Below the pieces are notes generated by a model. The model was not told where the DNA came from, did no database searches, and was given only the letters and a program-made list of their open reading frames with translations. Below are positions 30,122 through 39,512 of a stretch of 64,000 nucleotides of DNA, piece after piece (the first letter of the stretch is position 1; every line of letters begins with the position of its first letter). The translations under genes were made by a program, and so were the position numbers. This DNA is from an uncultured Candidatus Saccharibacteria bacterium (lineage in GTDB: Bacteria; Patescibacteriota; Minisyncoccia; UBA6257; UBA11618), in NCBI GenBank assembly GCA_964373915.1, contig CAYJWP010000002.1, positions 4,312 to 68,311 on the forward strand, read 5' to 3'.

Positions 30122-31070
30122 GTGGTTTTCTCCAACTAGAGTTTTTTTTGGGGTGGGAGAGTCAGCTAAGATTAATAAGTTGGTCGCCTCTTATAAATCT
30201 CCATTGGTTGTCGGAACAAGTAGGCGCTTTTGCGGCATTCTTAATTTTGATTTTACTTTTAAAAATGTTTCTTCTAACCCCAGAATCCAAGAGGTTTCTT
30301 TTATAAATAGTTCTTGTGATGTGGTTATCGGGCTTGGTGGAGGTAGCGCCATTGATGCCGCTAAATATATCGGCTATAAGAAACAAATTCCTGTTATTGC
30401 CGTTCCAACCACCGCTGGTTCTGGAGCGGAAGTTACAAGGGGGGCTATTTTAACTGATATGAAAAAAAAAATAAAATTTGCCGTTAGAGATGATGGTTTG
30501 TTTCCAATGATTGCCGTGTGTGATCCAGAACTTACCGTTTCTATGCCTTCAAAATTAACTGCTATTTCTGGCTTAGACGCTCTCTTTCATGCTGTGGAAA
30601 GTTTTGCTTCCAAAAAATCCACTAAGTTTTCCAGAGTTATTTCAAAACAGATTGCGAATTTAGTTTTCGACAATTTAGAAAAAGTTATTGCTCAGCCTTC
30701 TAATATTGAAGAAAGGAGCAATATGATGTTAGCCGCGCTGTTAGGCGGGTTTAATTTGGCTAATGTGGGTACCTGCTTGCCTCATCGCCTGCAATATTCT
30801 TTAGGTGGTCTCACGGACACAGCCCACGCGGAGGGGGTAGCGGTTTTGTTTCCTGCCTGGATAAAGGAAAATCCGGAAATTGATATTTTTTTTAGCAGAA
30901 ACATCGCAGATTTTATTAAGAAATTTCCAGTACCGAAAAATCTTGGGGATTTCGGAATATTGGAGAAAGATATACCACTTCTTGTTAATAATGTTTCCGG
31001 TTCGCTTGATAATGATCCTTGTTATAAGGATCGGGAAACAATAAAGAGAATCTACAATAATAGCTTATGA
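30102..31070 (+). CDS. Iron-containing (group III) alcohol dehydrogenase / polyol-phosphate dehydrogenase-like
   Basis: GLGGGSAIDAAKYIG and AVPTTAGSGAEVT motifs. Start moved to MNNPCFEWFSPTRVFFGVG. Confidence 0.65.
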   Translation: MNNPCFEWFSPTRVFFGVGESAKINKLVASYKSPLVVGTSRRFCGILNFDFTFKNVSSNPRIQEVSFINSSCDVVIGLGGGSAIDAAKYIGYKKQIPVIAVPTTAGSGAEVTRGAILTDMKKKIKFAVRDDGLFPMIAVCDPELTVSMPSKLTAISGLDALFHAVESFASKKSTKFSRVISKQIANLVFDNLEKVIAQPSNIEERSNMMLAALLGGFNLANVGTCLPHRLQYSLGGLTDTAHAEGVAVLFPAWIKENPEIDIFFSRNIADFIKKFPVPKNLGDFGILEKDIPLLVNNVSGSLDNDPCYKDRETIKRIYNNSL

Positions 31071-32276
31071 TTATAAAAGTCTTATAGCATTAAATAATCT
31101 CTCAGAAGAATTGCCATCAAAGTGTTGAAAGCAAAGTTTTTTTATCTCCCTTCTTTTTTTAATAAAGAGGTCTTTTTTATTTAAAATAAAATTTATTTCA
31201 TTGATCAAACCATTAATATCTAATACTCTTGGACCTGCGACCAGATTTTCATAATGAGACTCCAATCCCTCTTTTTTTAAATATTCTTTATAGTCATGGG
31301 TAAAAAAAACAATGGGTCTGTTCAAAAGCAGGAAATCAAAAAAGATGCTAGAGTAATCCGTTATCAATAAATCAACTTGAGAAAGGAAGGGATAGATATC
31401 CATTTGATTGTCAATTTTAATTATCCGGTGAAAGTTATTATTTTCTAAAGGTAAGTCTTGGAGAAAATGAAATTTGATTAAAAATAACGAATTGTTTTTC
31501 TCCATCAATTTATCAATTGATTCCAGATTATTTATTTTTGTCAACGGAGATTGGATTGGATTATTGTTGGCATATCTAAAAGTGGGGGCGTACAAAATTA
31601 TTTTCTTGTTCTTTTTATTAATTCCTAACTTTCTTAAAGATATTTTGTTTTTGTCAAATAAAATATCATTTCTAGGATATCCGGTAATTAGTATTTTACT
31701 TTTTTCTAAACGAGTCATTTCGGATATTATACCTTGCGTGAAAGTAGATGTAGCCACAAAATAATTGCCGATCTCAATAAATTGCGGAGAACAAACTTCA
31801 GCCACAAATCTTTCAAATCCTTTTAATTTAGGCATTGAAAGTTTCCCTTTTGATTTTTTATACCAAAGATTTTTTATAGGAATGCCATGCCATGTGTTTA
31901 TTTTAACGGCCGCTCCCGAGAGCCAAAAACAAATGTCTTCCAGGTGACTATCGTAAATATAAAATTTTGCTCGAAGCTGATAATAAAGTCCTTTCGGAGA
32001 AAGATGATAAAAGGCTAGAAGATTATTTTTCCTGACTTCCTTTACAACCTTTATATTCTTTGATATCCATACAGCCTTTATTTTTTCTTGATGAGAATCA
32101 TTAATGTATAAGAAAAGATACTTGGGGTTGTCGGCAAATTTAATTCCTTTATAAGAGCCGAAGACCCAAATCTTTTTGCTTCTGGGTGCAAAAAATGATA
32201 AAAAATAGATAATATGTAAAGGTATGAGCTTGGGCAAAAGTCTTACAATGTAGATAATTTTTCTAAATTTAATCAT
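31071..32276 (-). CDS. CDP-glycerol/polyol-phosphate transferase, TagB/TagF family
   Basis: GYPRNDILF and [12 protein letters not shown] are classical TagF motifs. Confidence 0.75.
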   Translation of the reverse strand: MIKFRKIIYIVRLLPKLIPLHIIYFLSFFAPRSKKIWVFGSYKGIKFADNPKYLFLYINDSHQEKIKAVWISKNIKVVKEVRKNNLLAFYHLSPKGLYYQLRAKFYIYDSHLEDICFWLSGAAVKINTWHGIPIKNLWYKKSKGKLSMPKLKGFERFVAEVCSPQFIEIGNYFVATSTFTQGIISEMTRLEKSKILITGYPRNDILFDKNKISLRKLGINKKNKKIILYAPTFRYANNNPIQSPLTKINNLESIDKLMEKNNSLFLIKFHFLQDLPLENNNFHRIIKIDNQMDIYPFLSQVDLLITDYSSIFFDFLLLNRPIVFFTHDYKEYLKKEGLESHYENLVAGPRVLDINGLINEINFILNKKDLFIKKRREIKKLCFQHFDGNSSERLFNAIRLL

Positions 32277-33201
32277 GGATTATTGTACTCTATGCTGTAG
32301 TAAAGATAACAGATTTTATATGGGTGATTCCAGAATAAAGCAATGCTTAGCCTGCGGTGTTGTTTTTCTTGATTCTAACCAGGAAATAAAAAAACTTGAT
32401 GAATATTACTCATCTTTCGATGTCTGGAAGAATCGTTTGGCTGATGATGAGGAGATTAGATTGGCAGCTAAAGATTCAAAACAGAGATTGGGGTTAATTT
32501 TTAAGTATTTAAACAGGCCGGTGGGAGAATTACGGCTTCTTGATGTCGGTGCTCGTGAGGGTTTTTTTGTCAGCGAAGCTAATAAATTTGGCTTTAACGC
32601 AATTGGAATTGATCCAAACAAACAAGAAGTGGCTAGAGCTCAAAAAAGAGGTATTCATTTAATAGAAGGCGCTGTTGAAGAGTCTCACTTTGAAGGCGAA
32701 AAGTTTGATTTGATAACCATATTTCACGTTCTTGAGCATTTAAAAAATCCTAGAGATGTTTTGGTAAAACTAAAAGATAATTTGAACTCTGATGGATTGC
32801 TGGTGATTGAGGTGCCTAATATTAAAAGTTATCTAGCTCAGAAGCATGGCCTTTCGTGGAAATTTATTTCTTTAGAACACCTTTTTTATTTTTCTCCGGA
32901 AACTCTCACTAGTTTGTTAGTCGAATCCGGTTTTGAAATTTTGATGATAAAAAAGAGAAATTTTTCAATAAGGAATTTAAGTATTAATAAAATTTTCCAG
33001 TATTTTTTTCCGACGTCACAAAACATTGACCGTTTTAAAATGAAATCAAAAAAAAATAATGTTCAAAAAACACCGCTCACAATTTTATTGGCTCACAATG
33101 TTTTGAAAGCTTTGAAAATTAAAAATCTTCTGGCCTTTTTCATTAATTATTTGGGAAGGGGCGACCACGTGCTATTTATCGTCCGTCGCCGTCAGTCGTA
33201 G
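32275..33201 (+). CDS. Class I SAM-dependent methyltransferase with N-terminal Zn-ribbon
   Basis: CTLCCS...CLACG Cys4. [15 protein letters not shown] motif I. VLEHL motif. Confidence 0.7.
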   Translation: MDYCTLCCSKDNRFYMGDSRIKQCLACGVVFLDSNQEIKKLDEYYSSFDVWKNRLADDEEIRLAAKDSKQRLGLIFKYLNRPVGELRLLDVGAREGFFVSEANKFGFNAIGIDPNKQEVARAQKRGIHLIEGAVEESHFEGEKFDLITIFHVLEHLKNPRDVLVKLKDNLNSDGLLVIEVPNIKSYLAQKHGLSWKFISLEHLFYFSPETLTSLLVESGFEILMIKKRNFSIRNLSINKIFQYFFPTSQNIDRFKMKSKKNNVQKTPLTILLAHNVLKALKIKNLLAFFINYLGRGDHVLFIVRRRQS

Positions 33202-34449
33202 TTTTTTCCTGCTTTCTATTTCCCAAATTGAAATATTAAATATTACTCCAAAAATTTTAGAGATAACCATTGCTAGCACCATTCCTTTTAGCCCTCCAAT
33301 AATACCAAGGACGATAATGGTAATAATTTTTATGACGCTGGGTATTGTACTAGTGAGATAACCGGCATAGATCATCTTCTGTGATAAGAAGGCATTAGCT
33401 ACTAAAGCGACGGAAAAAGAAAGAGCAATTTCTATAGCAAGAATCTGGGAGTAGAAGGCGACATTATAATAAAGAGGGAAAATTATCTTAAACACTAAAG
33501 GGGCGATAATTGCATATAATCCGCCGACAATTATACCCATAATCAAAGATTTAACGAACAAACAGTAAAAAATAGAGCGTACTTCTTTTATGCTCTTTTC
33601 GGAAAATTTGGGGAGAATAATCTCGTTGCTTATGAGTTTGATATTTTTTGAAATCTGTCCTGGCAAAGTCTTGATAATCGCATATTGGGCCAAAGTTTGA
33701 GCTCCCCAGAAATTAAACATTATTAAATTATCAGTATAAGTAGCGATTTGGCCCAATATTTTCATAAAAGTGAGGTGTTTGCCGTACTCAATGCATTTTT
33801 TGCCCCCAATATCATTGGGTTTGTATTTTATTAATGTTTTTCTGAATAAAACAAGGTTTATAATAATGTCGGAAATATTGAATGTTAATAAGGTAATTAG
33901 TAAATTGTTGCTAATAAATAAAGCTATGATAGTAGCTCCACTGGTAAATGCGGTGGCTGTTAAATTATAGGCCGTTAATGTCTTGAAATCTTTTTTACCT
34001 TTTAGATATGAACCATAAGATTGAAATATAAAGAAGATGGGGTGAAAAATGGCAAAAATAAATAAGGAAGACGCTACCAAATAGTCATTTCTTACCAGAT
34101 AGTAGTAACTGGCAATTACTAATATTGTTATGGTGAATATAAATCCCCAGCGAAGCCGGAAATAGGCGACGCTTTTTAGGGCTCCTTCTTCGCCTTGGGC
34201 GACAGATCTGACAATGGATAAATTAATGCGATTAAAAAGTAAAAATTGAAAAGCACCCACAATAGAAAAAGCGTATCGGTATATGCCTAATTCTTGGGGA
34301 TCAAGCAGATTGGCTAGAGCTAAAGCTAAGCCTAGTGATATTAAGTTTACAGAAAATTTATCAATGATAATCCAAGAGACGCTGTTTATTAGATAGCGGG
34401 TGCCTGCCGGCCAACTAAATTTAGATGATATTATTTTATGAATCTTCAC
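33172..34449 (-). CDS. Polysaccharide flippase, Wzx/PST family (MOP superfamily)
   Basis: 425 aa, about 12 TM helices. Sits in the glycan locus. Confidence 0.6.
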   Translation of the reverse strand: MKIHKIISSKFSWPAGTRYLINSVSWIIIDKFSVNLISLGLALALANLLDPQELGIYRYAFSIVGAFQFLLFNRINLSIVRSVAQGEEGALKSVAYFRLRWGFIFTITILVIASYYYLVRNDYLVASSLFIFAIFHPIFFIFQSYGSYLKGKKDFKTLTAYNLTATAFTSGATIIALFISNNLLITLLTFNISDIIINLVLFRKTLIKYKPNDIGGKKCIEYGKHLTFMKILGQIATYTDNLIMFNFWGAQTLAQYAIIKTLPGQISKNIKLISNEIILPKFSEKSIKEVRSIFYCLFVKSLIMGIIVGGLYAIIAPLVFKIIFPLYYNVAFYSQILAIEIALSFSVALVANAFLSQKMIYAGYLTSTIPSVIKIITIIVLGIIGGLKGMVLAMVISKIFGVIFNISIWEIESRKKLRLTATDDK

Positions 34450-34903
34450 CTTTACTGAAAGAATCTTTAAATATTAAGATAAATAAGATTGCTAACAAGC
34501 CGTAAGCAAGGAGATTTCCCAGACCTGATTGGGCCACAGTTAAAGCTATTGATTTTACTATTGTATGATTTGATAAATACCAAGCGAAAATTGATAACAT
34601 GGCTATCGTTGCCAAGGATTTTTTGTTTAAATTCAAAAAAACTTTTTGTGAAGTCTTCCGCGCTTCATAATTTATAAGTTCTGGAGCTTTATGAATTATT
34701 GATAGTAAGCTCTCTGCTTCAGGATAGACTTTAAGAGCCAAACTAACTATTAAAAATTGAAGCAAGAGCTTACTATCAATACCAGCTTCTGTGAATGTCC
34801 CCCCGGTTAAAAAGTTCAATATAATGATTGAAAAAATAACAGTAACGTAATACCAAAAACTTTCCGAGTTTATTTTTACTATATATTGAAAAACAGATTC
34901 CAT
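34436..34903 (-). CDS. Small integral membrane protein, unknown function
   Basis: 155 aa, 4 hydrophobic helices. In the operon between the Wzx gene and the 638-aa membrane protein gene. Confidence 0.4.
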   Translation of the reverse strand: MESVFQYIVKINSESFWYYVTVIFSIIILNFLTGGTFTEAGIDSKLLLQFLIVSLALKVYPEAESLLSIIHKAPELINYEARKTSQKVFLNLNKKSLATIAMLSIFAWYLSNHTIVKSIALTVAQSGLGNLLAYGLLAILFILIFKDSFSKGEDS

Positions 34904-34905
34904 AT

Positions 34906-36822
34906 TTAATCAGTATAAAAGGAAAAATGTTCAGCATCCTGCCATTTTTTGAATTTTTTTAATATATTAATCTCGGCTTTAGTTTTATCTTTATTCTTTT
35001 CTATTATCAATAGGTGAACATCGGTTTCTTCTAAGTATTTTCTTTGGCCATCGGTAGCATTAGCTATCAAGCAGTAACGGTAATTATAGCATTCCTCAGG
35101 AAGGAAAACTTTCCTGGGTTCAAAAATCCATCCAAGGTAAACAGCGTCTATATTACCCAAAAAGAGAATATCTCTATCGTTTTTTTTGCTAGCTAATAAT
35201 AACTCCTTTATTTTTTCTTTCTTAATAATATCCACCTCTGCTGTTTTATTTATCATTTCGGTAAAAACGTAGGATTGCTGTTCTAATACTTTGATAAATA
35301 AGTTTGGCACAAGAAAAATAATTGTAAGAAAAATTACAATTTGTCCCATTCTAATAGATAATTTTTCTTTGACTTGTTTTATAAGAACAGAGAGGGGGAG
35401 GAGGCAGAAAACAGCGATGGCGGGATAGAGAAAAATAAAATAGCGAAATTGTTGCCAGCTGGCATAAATGGCGTGATAAGTGACCCAAGGCGTTTTCAAA
35501 TAAATAAATATTAAGGTGAAGCTGATTATTAAAGATAAGAGGGCCGCAGAAATTCTCTTGCTTATTATTACAGTAATCAAAGCTATTAAAAATCCTAAAA
35601 TAGAAAACCAGATAACGCTTATTCCATAAGAGTTAACATAGGGTTGGTCCCAAAGCCCTAGAGGCCGAAGGTAATCATTAAGATAGGCAATGCTACGAAT
35701 ATCTCTGTTGGGTAATAGTTTAAAGAAGTAAAGTAAATAACGGATGATGGCAATAATTGCTAGTGGAAAGGCAATGGCTGTTATTGAGTTCAATATTTTT
35801 TTTATATTTAAAAAAAATTTTTCATACAGCAAACTAGTATCAGCCCAATATTTTTTAATGTAAAGTATTATTATTTCTATAATACTTGCTACACCAATGG
35901 CGATTAAAAAAATAACTAAACTAGCAAAATGAATGTAATAAAAAAGAGCGATAAAGGAAATAATTATCGGCCAGATAATCAAATTTTCTTTAAACCATGT
36001 CCTGTGGTAGTGGATTAATAAAAAACCAAAAATGTAAAGAAAAATTCCTACATTTTGTGGGACTACGGCGGCGGACAGTTGATAATAATTACTCCAGTAG
36101 AAGGAAAAGACAATTAGGGGCGTTAAAATGGCTAATTGCGGTACTGGCAAAATAATGCGTCCAAGTTGGAAAATGGCTAAGGCCTGAAGGATATAAAAAA
36201 AACAACTTATAATCAGGATAAATTTTTGATAGTCATTAAAATTGTCTGCTATGAATGGTATGTAGGAGGCGATTAACAACGCAAATCCCTCTTTGTTGGA
36301 AATGCGCCAAGGCTGAAAAATAGACCTGTTTGTTTCAAGGGGATTATGAAGAAGGCTTTTGGTATAGCCAAACCAAAAATATTGATCAGTTGCCTGATTA
36401 AAATAAGGAACCTCTAGCGAGGAGACTTGATAAGCTACGGTGATAATTAGAATAATAGCAACTAATATCATTGCTCCATCTGAGGCCGAGATTTGTAAAT
36501 TAGTAAAGTTGTTATCGATGAGTTTACGGCTTCTAATTCTTAAAAAAATAATGCTTAGTATTATGAAAAATTCTGCAATAATAATGGTGTATAACTGCAG
36601 ATTATTGGGATAAAAGTAGTTTAGGAGGATAACTCCTAAAGAAATTATTACCTGGGAAGCAAAGCCAAAGAAAGTTGTGAAGAGAAGAAAAGGGATTAGA
36701 TTAAGCTTGTTTTTGTGGATAGCAATTAATGCTAGAATGACACCCGGTAGCAAAAAAGTGATAAAAAATGGAGGGAAAAAGCTAAATATTATAAACTGGA
36801 GCATCTTATAGTGGTCTGCCAA
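34906..36822 (-). CDS. Large polytopic membrane protein (candidate Wzy_C-family polymerase/ligase/O-oligosaccharyltransferase or GT-C); paralog of 37636-39444
   Basis: 638 aa, at least 12 TM helices plus a C-terminal soluble domain of about 130 aa. N-terminal FFPPFFITFLLPG is shared with its paralog. Confidence 0.45.
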   Translation of the reverse strand: MADHYKMLQFIIFSFFPPFFITFLLPGVILALIAIHKNKLNLIPFLLFTTFFGFASQVIISLGVILLNYFYPNNLQLYTIIIAEFFIILSIIFLRIRSRKLIDNNFTNLQISASDGAMILVAIILIITVAYQVSSLEVPYFNQATDQYFWFGYTKSLLHNPLETNRSIFQPWRISNKEGFALLIASYIPFIADNFNDYQKFILIISCFFYILQALAIFQLGRIILPVPQLAILTPLIVFSFYWSNYYQLSAAVVPQNVGIFLYIFGFLLIHYHRTWFKENLIIWPIIISFIALFYYIHFASLVIFLIAIGVASIIEIIILYIKKYWADTSLLYEKFFLNIKKILNSITAIAFPLAIIAIIRYLLYFFKLLPNRDIRSIAYLNDYLRPLGLWDQPYVNSYGISVIWFSILGFLIALITVIISKRISAALLSLIISFTLIFIYLKTPWVTYHAIYASWQQFRYFIFLYPAIAVFCLLPLSVLIKQVKEKLSIRMGQIVIFLTIIFLVPNLFIKVLEQQSYVFTEMINKTAEVDIIKKEKIKELLLASKKNDRDILFLGNIDAVYLGWIFEPRKVFLPEECYNYRYCLIANATDGQRKYLEETDVHLLIIEKNKDKTKAEINILKKFKKWQDAEHFSFYTD

Positions 36823-37402
36823 CTATCTCTATCTCATTAACGCCAATCCAATTTTCTTTTTCTGAAGACGCCTTAATTCTTAACATTGCGGCTGTGAAAA
36901 GTTGGTCTTTAATTGATGTTTCGGAAACACCGGGCACTGTTCCCGTTGCTATTTCTGTCCATTCTTCATCGTCTAAGGATGATTCAAGGCTCCACTTGCT
37001 GATATATTTGGGATCTGTACCTTGCACTCCCCAGAATATTTTGATTGATTTTATCTCATAAACATCAGGCAATTTTACAATGTAATCAATTTCTTTATTG
37101 GCTGGGGCTGCCTGAGTTTTTTTATTACCGTCAACCAATTTGTCGGCTCCTTTGCCGATTTTCAGACTATACTCTGGTGATTCATCAACGTTGCTGACAG
37201 CGGTCATGTCTTGAGCGATAATTTTACTATAACCGCTAAAACTACTGCTTTCTCCCGATCGTGGATTTCCGCAAGCGATAGCTTTAATTGAATCTGGACC
37301 AATTAGAGAGAAACACCATCGCACCCCTATGAAAGTGATTAAGACTGATAAAATAACTGAAGTTTTGATTATTTTTTTTCTGTCTTTTTCGGACAATTCC
37401 AT
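36806..37402 (-). CDS. Membrane-anchored discoidin / F5-8 type C domain protein (paralog of 10238-10786)
   Basis: N-terminal TM helix. KLVDGN ... IKIFWGVQGTD ... KWSLE ... MLRIKAS ... VNEIEIVG pattern. Confidence 0.55.
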   Translation of the reverse strand: MELSEKDRKKIIKTSVILSVLITFIGVRWCFSLIGPDSIKAIACGNPRSGESSSFSGYSKIIAQDMTAVSNVDESPEYSLKIGKGADKLVDGNKKTQAAPANKEIDYIVKLPDVYEIKSIKIFWGVQGTDPKYISKWSLESSLDDEEWTEIATGTVPGVSETSIKDQLFTAAMLRIKASSEKENWIGVNEIEIVGRPL

Positions 37403-37457
37403 TGTTTCGTGGAGTATATTATATTGATAGTTCTTTTACAAGGAAATTTGTCATTAA

Positions 37458-37649
37458 TCATTCATTAGTAATAGTAATTAAAAAGGAAAGATATAAAACA
37501 ATAAAGAGACTGACTGTGAGTCGATAGTTATAGCCCATAGCTTGAAAAATATCAATGATAATTTTTGTTGACTTTTGTTCAAATAAAGACCAGCTTAAGG
37601 CAATGACTAAAGCCCAAATTATTACTTTGAAATTTTTATTTGGCGGCAT
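37458..37649 (-). CDS. Small single-pass membrane protein (hypothetical)
   Basis: 63 aa with one hydrophobic helix. Sits in-operon between the two large membrane protein genes. Confidence 0.3.
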   Translation of the reverse strand: MPPNKNFKVIIWALVIALSWSLFEQKSTKIIIDIFQAMGYNYRLTVSLFIVLYLSFLITITNE

Positions 37650-39444
37650 AGAAAATAAAATTAGGGGTTTCTCTTTGTTTTGAAAAATAATCCACTATTC
37701 CGCGCAAATTCTCCATCTTAGTATTTTTACCTGTTACAAGAAGGTCAATATTTAAGTTATGAAAATAGTCTGCTTTATCAGAAATCCGATTGCTAACCAG
37801 GCAATTGTAATAATCAAAGCAATCTTTATTGATGGTAAAAATTTGCTGAGGAGCGAAAGCGGCCTGAAGGTAGGGCAGGGGAATCCCCTCAACAATCATT
37901 AAAGTATTCTCCTTGCTATTTTTAATTATTTTCTGTTTTTCAAGCATTAATTCATTGAGGATTTGTCGGTAAGTTATTGATTTAGCGGCAGTATTAGAGT
38001 CTTTATACAAATCCGAGAATAAGGATTCGTGTTGTTTCATAATATAAACAAGGAGGGTGGGTAGTGTTATCGTTATTAAGAAACAAACCATTACTTTCCC
38101 AACAGTTTTAGAAATAAATTTTTCTATTATTTTAACCAAAAAAGCAAAAGGTAATAAAGATAAAATGGATAAACTTGGATAGAGGAATAGAAAATATCTG
38201 AATTTCTGCCAAGTAGCTTTAATAGCATGATATGGTATTAGCGGCGCCAAGAGAAGGAGATAAAATAAAATAAAAATTATTCCTAACATAAATGCCGGTA
38301 GTCTTTTTTTTGATATTATGCCGTGAGTTAAAACTATAATAAAACCGATGACCGCTAGCCAAATTATTATTTCTGAATAAGAATTAATGTAAGGTTGGCT
38401 GAAAAGGTTGTGGGGTCTTATATATTCTTCGTAACCATCTATTGTACTAGGAGGGAAATAGGAGATTAATCCAAGGGCAAAAAGAAAGTATCGGACAAGA
38501 AAAATAATCGTAGGCGGAATAGTTAAAGCAGACACAATTTTAAAATTATTAGTTTTAACACCAACCTCCGTTAATCCGATAAGACTTATCATTCCGATAG
38601 CAATAATAAACATCACAAAGGAGCCAATGTTGGTTAAGTAAAACATAAAAAGAAACGGCACAACGAACTTCCAAGAATTTTTTATTAGTAGCAAGCCGGC
38701 AATAAATAAAAAAATTCCCAAATTTTGAGGAACAATTACGGCATAGAGCAGATAGTAATTTATCCAGTAAAAAATAAAGATAATTGGTGGTGCTAAAAGG
38801 GCTAATGACGGTATGGGTAATATTGATCGTGCTAATTGGAAAACAGCTAGAGCGATTAATAAATATTGGAAATAACTCCATGTAGCAATAAAAAATTGGT
38901 AAGAATCGATATCTTCGTTAATAAAAGCCAGGTATGGGGAGATGATAAAGATGAATCCCGGACTTTGGGCGCTTAATAATTTTAAAAACTGTGGACTTAT
39001 TTCTTGAGGTTGACCGATGAAAGATTTAGCAAGCGCTACCCAATAATATTGGTCGGTAGACTGGTTGAAATAAGTATATCCCGTTCCTATGATTTGAATC
39101 GAAATTAAAGCTATGAGTACGATTGTGAATATAATAAATGCAAAATCATGAAATGATGGACGGATTATTTTCCAACGCAAATCTATTTTTATTAAAACTG
39201 CTAATAAGAAAACAACAGAAATAAAAATTATTATAGAACGAAAGTCAAATCTAGTTATCGTATTGATGAAGACGCTTATGGGAGTGGCTATAACTTGAAA
39301 GAAAAAGCCAAAAATTGCAATGTAAAGTAGTAATTTGACTAGATTAACTTCTTTTTTAAGAAAAATAAGACTAAGGAATAATCCCGGCAGTAAAAAAGTA
39401 ATAAAAAAAGGCGGAAAAAAAGACTCTACTAGAAAATCAGCCAT
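37636..39444 (-). CDS. Large polytopic membrane protein (candidate Wzy_C-family polymerase/ligase/O-OTase or GT-C); paralog of 34906-36822
   Basis: 602 aa, at least 12 TM helices, C-terminal soluble domain. Shares the FFPPFFITFLLPG N-terminus. Confidence 0.45.
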   Translation of the reverse strand: MADFLVESFFPPFFITFLLPGLFLSLIFLKKEVNLVKLLLYIAIFGFFFQVIATPISVFINTITRFDFRSIIIFISVVFLLAVLIKIDLRWKIIRPSFHDFAFIIFTIVLIALISIQIIGTGYTYFNQSTDQYYWVALAKSFIGQPQEISPQFLKLLSAQSPGFIFIISPYLAFINEDIDSYQFFIATWSYFQYLLIALAVFQLARSILPIPSLALLAPPIIFIFYWINYYLLYAVIVPQNLGIFLFIAGLLLIKNSWKFVVPFLFMFYLTNIGSFVMFIIAIGMISLIGLTEVGVKTNNFKIVSALTIPPTIIFLVRYFLFALGLISYFPPSTIDGYEEYIRPHNLFSQPYINSYSEIIIWLAVIGFIIVLTHGIISKKRLPAFMLGIIFILFYLLLLAPLIPYHAIKATWQKFRYFLFLYPSLSILSLLPFAFLVKIIEKFISKTVGKVMVCFLITITLPTLLVYIMKQHESLFSDLYKDSNTAAKSITYRQILNELMLEKQKIIKNSKENTLMIVEGIPLPYLQAAFAPQQIFTINKDCFDYYNCLVSNRISDKADYFHNLNIDLLVTGKNTKMENLRGIVDYFSKQRETPNFIFYAAK

Positions 39445-39461
39445 TAAGAGAAAATACCAAT

Positions 39462-39498
39462 AAAAAACACCTCCGCCAAGACCGGAGGTGTTTTTTTA
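39462..39498 (-). terminator. Rho-independent terminator (bidirectional hairpin) immediately downstream of the giant surface protein gene
   Basis: aaaaaacacctccg-ccaagac-cggaggtgttttttt: a perfect 10-bp GC-containing stem flanked by an A-run and a T-run. Confidence 0.7.
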
Positions 39499-39512
39499 TT
39501 CAACTTCAGATA

